IMG/VR virus record: IMGVR_UViG_3300038336_000025 | Reading direction: 5' to 3' (one strand) | Source: a virus | DNA: 64,000 bases | In this document: piece by piece, positions 17,303-25,201 of the stretch | Layout of the letters: the number at the start of each line of letters is the position of its first letter | How positions within the stretch are numbered: the stretch's first letter is position 1 | Made by a program: the position numbers and the translations under genes | The notes under the pieces: model-generated | The model's database searches: none | Seen by the model: the letters and a program-made list of their open reading frames with translations, nothing else | Told to the model about the DNA's origin: nothing

Positions 17303-18182
17303 TTTGTAATCGTTCCTTTACAAATTTAATTACATCGTCATCAACTTTGGTCGTCTTGGCAAATATATCGAGAGCATTGAATAGATTCTCGCTCATGATG
17401 CTTGTATCCATGAGTTCAACCATCTGTTTAACATTCTCAAGAACATTAACTTCCGGTGTATCATCAATAATTTTCTCAATGAACACATCGGTTTCACATG
17501 GTATTTCTTTGAGAACTACACCCTTATCAGATAGATAGGCGAACTTTGGCTTGCGGCCAACATCATGTGATGTATTCTTCCTTCTTGCCAATGCACCGGT
17601 TGAAACAAAAGTTGTTTTACCCCGCTGGATAATTCCCTGTTCTGGGTGATAATCAGCAATCAATACATAATCTGCATTTGTTTTCAAATCAGCAATCAAA
17701 TAATGCTTGTAAATAACAGGGTCTTTCACAATTATGTGGTGTGTTAATAACACATTATTTAATTCAGGTGAAAGAAATTCATCTCTTGTGTTTGGGTCTG
17801 TTACATTATCAGCAAATATCAATCTTGTTGTTGGTAAGTCCAAGTAATCCCGACCATCCGAAAGTGTTACATTCCTCATAAACATACCAAGCATTGTCAG
17901 TGGTGATGACTCAGGAGAACCATCGTGGAAATGATTACCACGAAGTATTACCATCTTCACATCTGAATACTTTTCGAACAACATTAACAATTCTATAAAG
18001 ACCAACATTGAAATGCTTGGTTTATCAAACAAATCACCACCAATTATGACGGTGCAATGGTTTTTACGAGCAACTTTGAAAGCATGTTCAAGCTTGTTTA
18101 AGATGCTTCTATTGTAATTATCCTTGCGGCTAATTGGTCGTGCCCCATAATGGGGGTCAGGAATGTATATCAGTTTGTCCAT
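17292..18182 (-). CDS. Mre11/SbcD-like nuclease (calcineurin-type phosphoesterase)
   Basis: Motifs IPDPHYG, GGDLFD, RGNHFHD. Confidence 0.85.
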   Translation of the reverse strand: MDKLIYIPDPHYGARPISRKDNYNRSILNKLEHAFKVARKNHCTVIIGGDLFDKPSISMLVFIELLMLFEKYSDVKMVILRGNHFHDGSPESSPLTMLGMFMRNVTLSDGRDYLDLPTTRLIFADNVTDPNTRDEFLSPELNNVLLTHHIIVKDPVIYKHYLIADLKTNADYVLIADYHPEQGIIQRGKTTFVSTGALARRKNTSHDVGRKPKFAYLSDKGVVLKEIPCETDVFIEKIIDDTPEVNVLENVKQMVELMDTSIMSENLFNALDIFAKTTKVDDDVIKFVKERLQNGT

Positions 18183-18203
18183 GTTTATCTTTCAATCCAT
18201 TCA

Positions 18204-18404
18204 TTATAGACTGCAACCTTTTTCGGTTGCGGTTGCAAATAACAACGATGTAACAGACTGTTGGCATTCACGACAAAGAGCTATCCATTCGTCTGTTTTC
18301 GTATGGAAATGCACGATAACTTCTTTTTTACCACACCCGTCACAAATATTCGGCTGAGTCTTATGCTGTAAGATCATTTTTAATTGTCTCAATACAACTT
18401 TCAC
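18204..18404 (-). CDS. Small zinc-ribbon protein (66 aa)
   Basis: CDGCGKK...CRECQ. Confidence 0.5.
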   Translation of the reverse strand: MKVVLRQLKMILQHKTQPNICDGCGKKEVIVHFHTKTDEWIALCRECQQSVTSLLFATATEKGCSL

Positions 18405-19680
18405 AATATTTCTGATTAGTAATCGGACAAATCATTTTATCAGAATCTATTTCTTTTTTCAAAGATTCAATCTCTTTTAAAATATTTTGTTTATCCTTTG
18501 CGTACTCTTTAAATCGGGTGTCCAGTGTTGTTAGATTGTAATCAATACATTCAAGCTGATCGAGTTTAAATTGCAAAGCATCTGGAAACTCAACCTCTGG
18601 GAACACTGGAATATCGGCAGTTATAATATTGGCTATCTTCGCAATAATTGCCATCAGCTTCATACCAACGTCTATTTTCTTGGCAAGATCGTTGATATCA
18701 TCTTCAACATCATCAAACAGAGCAAATTCCATCATGTCTATGCTATCATATTTCGATAATGATTGCAAGCTATTTTCTAATTCTTTTAAGGTTTTATAGC
18801 CAGTTTCAATGTTCTGACATTTGCCAAGCATCATGATTGCTGCATCTAACTTGGTCTTAAAGTTATCAACAGTCGGTCTATATGTGGTGACTGGTGAAAC
18901 CTTGTTTATTTCGATTTCCAGCCCTTCCAGCATGTTCAAATTGTCTTCAATGAGTTTGATGTCGTTTGCCAGTTTCGCAATCGTTTTATAGGCATCTGTT
19001 AACAGATCAACATCAGACTTAATCAGGTTCAACTGTTCTTCAGCAATCAATTGCTGTTTTGTGTAAACCTTCAACTGAGCCGATGTGTTTAACTTCTCAG
19101 ATACAAGCTCTTTAATCAGAACATCTATCTTTTCTGAATCAGGTAACAGCGTCGAAATCATCTTGTTCCGCAATGAACCGGTGTAAAGATCAGATACAAA
19201 GAACATCGGTTCATGCTGTTCAGCAAAGTTTAAAAAGATTTCGTTGTCAAGGAACTGAATCGGTTTAATCCGAGTGAAGTCTGTAATAAATTCAGGAAGC
19301 TTAACACCAAACCTGTCACGGCGTTCATCGTTAAGCATGTAGAACTCTTCAGAACTTTTGGCTGATAGAAATTCGCCACATGATTCACAAACTTGATCTT
19401 CTGCCTTGACTTTCTCTTTACAGTTAGGACACTTTTGTATCTTCGTTTTGGTGAAGCTTCTTGAAATTGTATCATCGTTGTCAAATACGATTGTATTCTT
19501 ACCGGTTTCAGCATCCCAATTCAAATAGAATGGAGCTTTCCTTAATACAGCATCCAAGCCTCTAAGAAAAGCAGATTTACCAGAATCAGATAATCCTTGA
19601 ATTACATTGATTGAAGGATGTAATTCAACTTTTGTATTAACATGTGGTTGAAAGTTCTGAAGTTCGACAGATTTAATCAT
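18361..19680 (-). CDS. Rad50/SbcC-like ATPase, N-terminal half with coiled coil
   Basis: MIKSVELQNFQ..., Walker A GLSDSGKS; CxxC pairs CPNC...CESC and C-terminal CPITNQKYCESC; start trimmed to ATG 19680. Confidence 0.7.
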   Translation of the reverse strand: MIKSVELQNFQPHVNTKVELHPSINVIQGLSDSGKSAFLRGLDAVLRKAPFYLNWDAETGKNTIVFDNDDTISRSFTKTKIQKCPNCKEKVKAEDQVCESCGEFLSAKSSEEFYMLNDERRDRFGVKLPEFITDFTRIKPIQFLDNEIFLNFAEQHEPMFFVSDLYTGSLRNKMISTLLPDSEKIDVLIKELVSEKLNTSAQLKVYTKQQLIAEEQLNLIKSDVDLLTDAYKTIAKLANDIKLIEDNLNMLEGLEIEINKVSPVTTYRPTVDNFKTKLDAAIMMLGKCQNIETGYKTLKELENSLQSLSKYDSIDMMEFALFDDVEDDINDLAKKIDVGMKLMAIIAKIANIITADIPVFPEVEFPDALQFKLDQLECIDYNLTTLDTRFKEYAKDKQNILKEIESLKKEIDSDKMICPITNQKYCESCIETIKNDLTA

Positions 19681-19750
19681 TATTTCACCAACAATTTTTC
19701 TTGTCGTGCAAACATAGCCAAACAAAGGCTTTCGGCCATATCATCATGAG

Positions 19751-20326
19751 TCAAAATTCGCGACATAAATATACTCCCTGTTTTTGGTCAAAATAAATTA
19801 TGTCACATTCGATAAGTTTTTTAACACATTTATTTAGTGACCCATGAGATAAAAAATGATCCGTGTTTGTTTTAAAAATATGTAAATTTTCAATACGATT
19901 GTCCTTTTTGTCCATGTTGATGTGATGAACAATCTCTGTATCTTCCAAATATCGCCCAATATGTTGTTCGACTACATATCTATGTTCTGATATCCAACCC
20001 TTTTTTGCAAATGGATGATTTATTTGCTTTATGAGAATATGCCCATCCATCTCAATCCTACCCCTCTTGTTCTTTTTAGCTCCATCTGGGACTGAACTAA
20101 TTACACGTCTACAATCAATGCTATTGCAGATAATGTTCTTGCTTCTTTTAAAATTTGAAAGATTTGCATATATTTCTTTTCCACAAACCGAGCAATTTGT
20201 TTTTACAAGATATCTATTTGCTGGTAAACCATTTTTTCTTAGATATGGGATTTTGTAAAGATTATCTCTTACAAAAACAAGTTTATTATTATTTTCTTCT
20301 GGTCTTTTTTTATTTACCATCATCAA
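19751..20326 (-). mobile_element. Free-standing HNH homing-type endonuclease gene
   Basis: HHINMDKKDNRIENLHIFKTNTDH; Cys-rich N-terminus; sits between recombination genes next to a 20-bp palindrome. Confidence 0.7.
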
Positions 20327-20340
20327 TCTCCATGCTTTTT

Positions 20341-20392
20341 AAATTAAACATTGACAATATCATAATAAAAAAATATTGTCAATGTTTAATTT
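20341..20392. repeat. Perfect 20-bp inverted repeat with 12-nt A-rich loop
   Basis: AAATTAAACATTGACAATAT / ATATTGTCAATGTTTAATTT; each arm carries TTGACA on one strand. Confidence 0.9.
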
Positions 20393-20399
20393 GTAACAG

Positions 20400-20792
20400 T
20401 TATTGTGATGTAATTGATGCACTTTCAATCACGATACTCCCGGTAATTGCCCAGTATTTTGCAACAGTTATTTGCCATATGTGAGCATCCTCATCATGAA
20501 CCGCGTCAGAAAGTGCCTTTAACATGTTATCGAGATCGGGTCTCTGTTGGTGTGGCTTACCTATCATTTCATTTTGCTTCTTCTTACTCCAGCTTTTCGG
20601 AATCGGTATATTGAATGTTACCTTTGCTCCTGCTTCCGGTAGTTTTGCACCAAGCTCTCTGAGCATATTACAGTAATCATAGTATCGGACAATGATAGGT
20701 CTTTTACGCCACTTGTCTGAGCGAGTCATACGTGGTTTGGGTTGTGGGTCTATGTTTAAAATTTGTATATTGTTCGGTAACTGCTGTTCCAT
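20400..20792 (-). CDS. rusA: RusA-type Holliday junction resolvase
   Basis: KPRMTRSDKW..., RPDLDNMLKALSDAV catalytic Asp block; track TTG start trimmed to ATG 20792. Confidence 0.7.
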   Translation of the reverse strand: MEQQLPNNIQILNIDPQPKPRMTRSDKWRKRPIIVRYYDYCNMLRELGAKLPEAGAKVTFNIPIPKSWSKKKQNEMIGKPHQQRPDLDNMLKALSDAVHDEDAHIWQITVAKYWAITGSIVIESASITSQ

Positions 20793-20861
20793 TGATAAAA
20801 CTTCCTTTGAATAAGAATATACCAATTATAGCACATTAAAGGAAAGTTTTAAAGTAATAAA

Positions 20862-21218
20862 TTACACATCAATTAATTGCTTTATTTTCTCTATTTTGGT
20901 GTTTTGTTGTGATATTCTTTCTTTCAATATGTTGATATATTTTGCTTGATCGATGAGAGTATTATCTTTAATGTGATGATCAATGAAAACCGCTTCTTCT
21001 GATTTACCACTAACATATGATATAATTTTGTTTAAATGATGTGCTTTTAAAATAGCTATATTTTGTGGTAGTTCTGGTAAACTTTCATTATGTGAAATGC
21101 AAAGAAGAATGTGTTTTTCTGGATTTTCTAATGCCATTTTAATAGCATCACAAATCATTCTTGTTGTTTGGCCGCATTTTCTTGCCTGTGTGCTTAAAAC
21201 TGTTCCAATACAAGTCAT
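20862..21218 (-). CDS. Hypothetical protein (118 aa)
   Basis: ORF track. Confidence 0.6.
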   Translation of the reverse strand: MTCIGTVLSTQARKCGQTTRMICDAIKMALENPEKHILLCISHNESLPELPQNIAILKAHHLNKIISYVSGKSEEAVFIDHHIKDNTLIDQAKYINILKERISQQNTKIEKIKQLIDV

Positions 21219-21397
21219 TATAACAATTCCTTTATTAAGTTCATTGCTTCTGGAAGTGCAGGATTCTGACTGTTTCTAACAGCTATATTCCTGTTTAACC
21301 AACGGACATTATCTTTATTCTTGATGGTCTTTCTGTAAAATGGGATATCCATCTTCGCAATGATTGCTTCCAGCTTAGAAACTAATTCCTTATTCAT
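21218..21397 (-). CDS. Hypothetical protein (59 aa)
   Basis: Track ORF starts at TTG 21409; trimmed to ATG 21397. Confidence 0.5.
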   Translation of the reverse strand: MNKELVSKLEAIIAKMDIPFYRKTIKNKDNVRWLNRNIAVRNSQNPALPEAMNLIKELL

Positions 21398-21401
21398 AAT
21401 G

Positions 21402-21509
21402 TTAATCAATTACCTCCGTATCATCTGAACCACAATGAGGACACTCAGCATCAATAGGTGATGGGTCTTCGAAATCTTCATCACAAGCATTACAATGATA
21501 TGTAATCAT
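21402..21509 (-). CDS. 35-aa zinc-ribbon mini-protein
   Basis: Hand translation MITYHCNACDEDFEDPSPIDAECPHCGSDDTEVID; AAGGAG SD. Confidence 0.5.
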   Translation of the reverse strand: MITYHCNACDEDFEDPSPIDAECPHCGSDDTEVID

Positions 21510-21526
21510 TTAATAATCTCCTTAAT

Positions 21527-21667
21527 TTATTTCTTCCAAATGTTTGTAGCATAGAACATTGGTTGATTTGGCACACCACCTTCACGCGGTTTAACCAATT
21601 CAACATTTACAATCAATACCTTGTCGGAAACTAAGTCTTTTCGCTCAACTATTAACAGATTGTTCAT
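21527..21667 (-). CDS. Hypothetical 46-aa protein
   Basis: Hand translation MNNLLIVERKDLVSDKVLIVNVELVKPREGGVPNQPMFYATNIWKK. Confidence 0.4.
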   Translation of the reverse strand: MNNLLIVERKDLVSDKVLIVNVELVKPREGGVPNQPMFYATNIWKK

Positions 21668-21669
21668 GT

Positions 21670-22032
21670 CTATTTAACTCCATAGATATAATACGAAATA
21701 TAGTTGCTTACATAACCATCAAATAATTTCTGTCTTGTTTCTAAGATGTAGTCTATGCGGTAATACTCGTCAAAAATTTTGATGATTTCGTCAATTATTG
21801 GTTTTTTACGATCTTGAGGTAATGCAGATAATGGTTTGTCTAAATCGTATTTACGTCTTATTTTTAATTTATGCAAATATGGAACCCTTATGTCTGTACC
21901 AGACACTTCACAAACTCGTTCCTGAAAGAATTTAACCGGTATTCTATCCTCCCAAGCAAGATCGTTATTCGGGTCTTCAACAATGATGCCCTGTTTAAGC
22001 AGTTCTTCAACATCTATATTGAGAATATGCAT
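21670..22032 (-). CDS. Hypothetical protein (120 aa)
   Basis: Track TTG start trimmed to ATG 22032 after AAAGGAA. Confidence 0.6.
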   Translation of the reverse strand: MHILNIDVEELLKQGIIVEDPNNDLAWEDRIPVKFFQERVCEVSGTDIRVPYLHKLKIRRKYDLDKPLSALPQDRKKPIIDEIIKIFDEYYRIDYILETRQKLFDGYVSNYISYYIYGVK

Positions 22033-22045
22033 TTGATTTATTCCT

Positions 22046-22264
22046 TTACCCAATATAGCCGTTGAATGTATTAAATTCTTCTTCGCTGATTTCTTGCCAG
22101 CTCAACACAGTGTATGTTTCCATGTTTTTATATGATTCATTACAATCTAACTGCCATTGGAGTGGGTGTCTACCAACTAAAAGAGCCTGTCTGTATGGTT
22201 GTGCGAAGTTTGTTCGACAACCATGTTTTTCACACAAATAAACAACAAAATAATATTTCCTCAT
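22046..22264 (-). CDS. Hypothetical protein (72 aa)
   Basis: ORF track; AAAGGAA SD. Confidence 0.6.
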   Translation of the reverse strand: MRKYYFVVYLCEKHGCRTNFAQPYRQALLVGRHPLQWQLDCNESYKNMETYTVLSWQEISEEEFNTFNGYIG

Positions 22265-22293
22265 TTTATTCCTTTATGTATTTAATTCAAAAC

Positions 22294-22374
22294 ATTGCCA
22301 GATAAGGGAGTCGAACCCTTATGCTTTCGCGCTGAAGCTTAAATTCAGTGTGTATTCCATTTCACCAATCTGGC
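22294..22374 (-). tRNA. tRNA-Leu (anticodon UAA), class II; no encoded CCA
   Basis: Hand-folded: acceptor GCCAGAT/ATCTGGC, anticodon loop TTTAAGC, 11-nt variable region, T-arm AAGGG-TTCGACT-CCCTT, A73 then ATG. Confidence 0.85.
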
Positions 22375-22520
22375 AAGTGGTAAGGCGGCAATTGCTTGCC
22401 GCCTACCGATTATAACATCAACCTTTCAGGGCTGCAATTTCCTTGTCAATATCTTCTACAGACATTGCTTCAAGTGATGCATTCAACAGATTAACCATAA
22501 CATATTTTAAATCGTCTGTC

Positions 22521-22556
22521 AAGAAAAAACATCGTTTAAATCATTTAAACGATGTT
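22521..22556 (-). terminator. Intrinsic terminator-like hairpin downstream of tRNA-Leu(CAA)
   Basis: 13-bp stem AACATCGTTTAAA/TTTAAACGATGTT followed on the minus strand by TTTTCTT. Confidence 0.6.
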
Positions 22557-22584
22557 TAAAGAGAGGATTTTCGGACAAACGAAT

Positions 22585-22666
22585 TAGCAAGGGTGGGACT
22601 TGAACCCACAAGCCTCTCGGCGACTGCTTTTGAAACAGCTACGTCTACCAATTTCGTCACCCTGCC
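22585..22666 (-). tRNA. tRNA-Leu (anticodon CAA), class II; no encoded CCA
   Basis: Acceptor GGCAGGG/CCTTGCT (two G-U pairs), Leu-type D-arm ACGAAATTGGTAGACGT, loop TTCAAAA, long variable arm, T-arm GTGGG-TTCAAGT-CCCAC. Confidence 0.85.
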
Positions 22667-22789
22667 ATAGAAAAGGTACCACCGAACTACCGTCTATTTT
22701 GTAAATGGTTGGATTATGAGTCCAACGTTACAAAATGCGTTAGTGCGAAACGTAACGGTTGACACAAATAGTTCAGTAAAAATGTTCGA

Positions 22790-23077
22790 TTATTTCTTGG
22801 AACTCTTCAAACCATTATCAAAAGACCGTTGATACATCTGTTTGTCGGCCAGAACGATTTGAAAAGCTTCTTCTCTTGTAAAGCCAGAGGCCATCAAGAG
22901 TTCAAACTTTTCTTTCACGTATTCAACAGACTTCTTGATGAATAACTTCCTAAAAGCCGGTTCAATGACAGAACCAAATTCTTCCAACACTTCAACAACT
23001 TCTGAAACGAATGGCAATAGCCTGTCCTTTTCTTCTTTGAGTTCTTTTACAATTGCCGCTACCTGATTAAAATCCAC
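22790..23077 (-). CDS. Hypothetical protein (95 aa); start moved to the GTG after GGAGGT
   Basis: The track ORF (to 23155) would run into tRNA-Gln; GTG 23077 has a strong SD. Confidence 0.55.
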   Translation of the reverse strand: MDFNQVAAIVKELKEEKDRLLPFVSEVVEVLEEFGSVIEPAFRKLFIKKSVEYVKEKFELLMASGFTREEAFQIVLADKQMYQRSFDNGLKSSKK

Positions 23078-23110
23078 GAATATACCTCCGAAATAAATTG
23101 TAAAACACGG

Positions 23111-23182
23111 CAGGGGTACAAGGATTCGAACCCTGATTACATGCGCCAAAGGCATGTGTCCTAGCCATTGGACGATACCCCT
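23111..23182 (-). tRNA. tRNA-Gln (anticodon UUG)
   Basis: Acceptor AGGGGTA/TACCCCT, loop CTTTGGC, T-arm CAGGG-TTCGAAT-CCTTG; G73 followed by CCG. Confidence 0.85.
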
Positions 23183-23316
23183 AGATGGTGTAATGGATGG
23201 CTTAATTCCACTACACCGTAAAACAAGAACGGGTTTGAGTTCACGTATCGTTATTGAGCAAAATATTGATAAAAGATTTCAAACCAATGTAACCGGCACA
23301 GCCAGCGTTACATCAA

Positions 23317-23388
23317 AGCCGAAAATAGGATTTGAACCTAAAACCTATGCATTACAAGTGCATTGCTCTACCGTTGAGCTATTTCGGC
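23317..23388 (-). tRNA. tRNA-Thr (anticodon UGU)
   Basis: Acceptor GCCGAAA/TTTCGGC, D-arm GCTC-AACGGTA-GAGC, loop CTTGTAA; no CCA. Confidence 0.85.
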
Positions 23389-23571
23389 AAAGCCGGGAGA
23401 TTTATCAATTTGCAACCCTATTCAATGAGTGCCAACTGCGATTAAATAGGTTTCTCCCGGCAAATTCGGCATATCGACCCTAATCTATCATCTTGTATAG
23501 TTGGTTTGCAACCCAAAAATACACACCAAACAATTATGATGTTTGTCATGAATAGCCGAGCCGACACACAT

Positions 23572-23646
23572 TGCCAGTGATAGGATTCGAACCTACAAGT
23601 TAGTAGTTCCTAAGACTACCGTGTCTACCATTTGCACCACACTGGC
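23572..23646 (-). tRNA. tRNA with anticodon UAG (Leu CUA/CUG reader), Leu-type D-arm, but only a 6-nt variable region
   Basis: GCCAGTG TG GTG-CAAATGGTAGA-CAC G GTAGT-CTTAGGA-ACTAC TAACTT GTAGG-TTCGAAT-CCTAT CACTGGC A; no CCA. Confidence 0.7.
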
Positions 23647-23743
23647 GATCTTTGGTATAGTCCTGTTCACAACAATGACTAACAGGAGTAAGCATGTCAT
23701 TGTTTTCGTAGCCTACATCAACCAAAGCTGGCTACCTACGCGG

Positions 23744-23828
23744 CGAAAAGTGAAGGATTCGAACCTTCGGTACCTTTCGGTACACAAGTTTAGCAAACTT
23801 GCTGTTTAAACCACTCACACAACTTTTC
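23744..23828 (-). tRNA. tRNA-Ser (anticodon GCU), class II
   Basis: Acceptor GAAAAGT/ACTTTTC, loop TTGCTAA, variable arm GTACC-GAAA-GGTAC, T-arm GAAGG-TTCGAAT-CCTTC; G73 then CCG. Confidence 0.85.
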
Positions 23829-23887
23829 GAAAATGGGTAGGTGAGGCACTACCCGCGAAATACTCTCACATTAACTGCACAATACAA

Positions 23888-23959
23888 AGGGGAATGGTGG
23901 ATTTGAACCATCGACCTAGCGGTTAACAGCCGCTTGCTCTACCACTGAGCTAATTCCCC
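23888..23959 (-). tRNA. tRNA-Asn (anticodon GUU)
   Basis: Acceptor GGGGAAT/ATTCCCC, D-arm GCTC-AGTGGTA-GAGC, loop CTGTTAA; no CCA. Confidence 0.85.
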
Positions 23960-24043
23960 AAACAGTTGTAAATTGGTGGCAATATTAATGACCTTTGCTC
24001 TTACCTCTTGGAACGGTCAAGCAAGCGGCCAATTTACAACTTC

Positions 24044-24412
24044 GGTGGAAGTGACGGGAATTGAACCCGTGTCCGAACAGATTTACATTCATCCATCTAC
24101 ATCGTTATCTTTTTTGTTATCTTTTGGAACACAGGATAAAAAGCTAAAGTTCCAATGTTTCCAGCAACCACAGTAGGCACTCATGTAGGGTCACAGTGAT
24201 AATCTCCCCTAGCCACTAGCTGCTTTTATGTTACACCTAGCCTGAATCGTCGCAGCAACTATTCAGGTAGATGGTTGTAGCGGCTTACGCGGCTACAGCG
24301 TTGTATGATTCTTCGTTGGCGTTTAAAGCCTGACCGACTTTTAACGTAGCCTCTCGGTCAACTACGCGATGCAAGATGAGTTTCAACTGCCCGTCGAAAC
24401 CATTTCACCCCC
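24044..24412 (-). ncRNA. ssrA: tmRNA (SsrA), one-piece; tag reading frame ANEESYNAVAA-stop at 24285-24320
   Basis: 5' GGGGGTGAAATGGTTTCGACGGG, 3' GGACACGGGTTCAATTCCCGTCACTTCCACC; G3-U70 Ala identity pair; GCC AAC GAA GAA TCA TAC AAC GCT GTA GCC GCG TAA. Confidence 0.9.
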
Positions 24413-24557
24413 AGAATTACACATTTGTCTATCAAATTTGTTAAAAAGTGAGAGACAATTGTGTTTGTCCTTCATATATGATTGTCGTTTCAATCCACGT
24501 ACCAAATTATTGATACGACATTTCATCAATGTTATTGTCAAAGATCAAAAGAATCGG

Positions 24558-24630
24558 TTGCTAGGGCAGGATTCGAACCTACGTAATGATGGTTTATGAT
24601 ACCATTGTCTTACCACTTGACGACCTAGCA
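24558..24630 (-). tRNA. tRNA with anticodon CAU (Met, or Ile2 if lysidinylated)
   Basis: Acceptor TGCTAGG/CCTAGCA, loop ATCATAA, T-arm GTAGG-TTCGAAT-CCTGC; A73 followed by CCG. Confidence 0.75.
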
Positions 24631-24642
24631 ATGAAATTCAAC

Positions 24643-25116
24643 TTATAATCGAGAATTGTGTAGTGCATTGTGATGCTTCTGACACAACCATTTTATTTCC
24701 AGAGGTTTATTGTAATCATCATGATGTGCATGTGCAGAACTTTTACCACAAACTTCACAACAACCACGAGCTAATCTACCAGCCCTAATCTCAAGAGCAA
24801 CGATTCGTCTTGCATTTATTTTTTCTGGGTATCTTTCGATTTGTAGTTTTTTATAATGATAATTGTTCTTTGATATCCCGCCGCGCCAGTTTGGGTTTTG
24901 CTCCCCTTTAGATTCTATGTTGTTATTGCGGTTTATAGCCGATTGTGACATAAAACTAAACACGATATCTTTTGGTAGAATCAAACCGAGTCGTTTCATC
25001 TTCATTTTTACGGCATGAGGGCTGCGTTTTAAGTGTTGTGAAATTACCACACTATTCATTTTTAAATAGTTTTCCTTGATAAATTTAATTTCAACATCAC
25101 TCCAACGATTATTCAT
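24643..25116 (-). mobile_element. HNH endonuclease gene abutting the tRNA island
   Basis: CCEVCGKSSAHAHHDDYNKPLEIKWLCQKHHNALH; ends 13 nt from tRNA-CAU. Confidence 0.75.
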
Positions 25117-25201
25117 ACCACAAAAACCCTTATAATTTATTTATATGGATTGTGTTGTCAAAGGACTGACAACACACCCATCAAAAACACCGTGACACTC
25201 T

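Noticed and set aside
22671-22770. Possible extra tRNA: hairpin GTTGGA-CTCATAA-TCCAAC (minus strand) looks like a CAU anticodon arm
   Set aside because: I could not find an acceptor stem, a D-arm or a T-arm with a TTCGAAT-type loop around it. A covariance-model scan could revisit this.
23078-23155. Upstream 26 codons of track ORF 22790-23155
   Set aside because: They would overlap tRNA-Gln. A GTG with a GGAGGT SD at 23077 gives a sensible start.
23973-24599. Track ORFs 23973-24176 and 24369-24599 (+)
   Set aside because: They lie antisense within the tmRNA gene and its flanks, and the RNA-gene interpretation explains the sequence far better.
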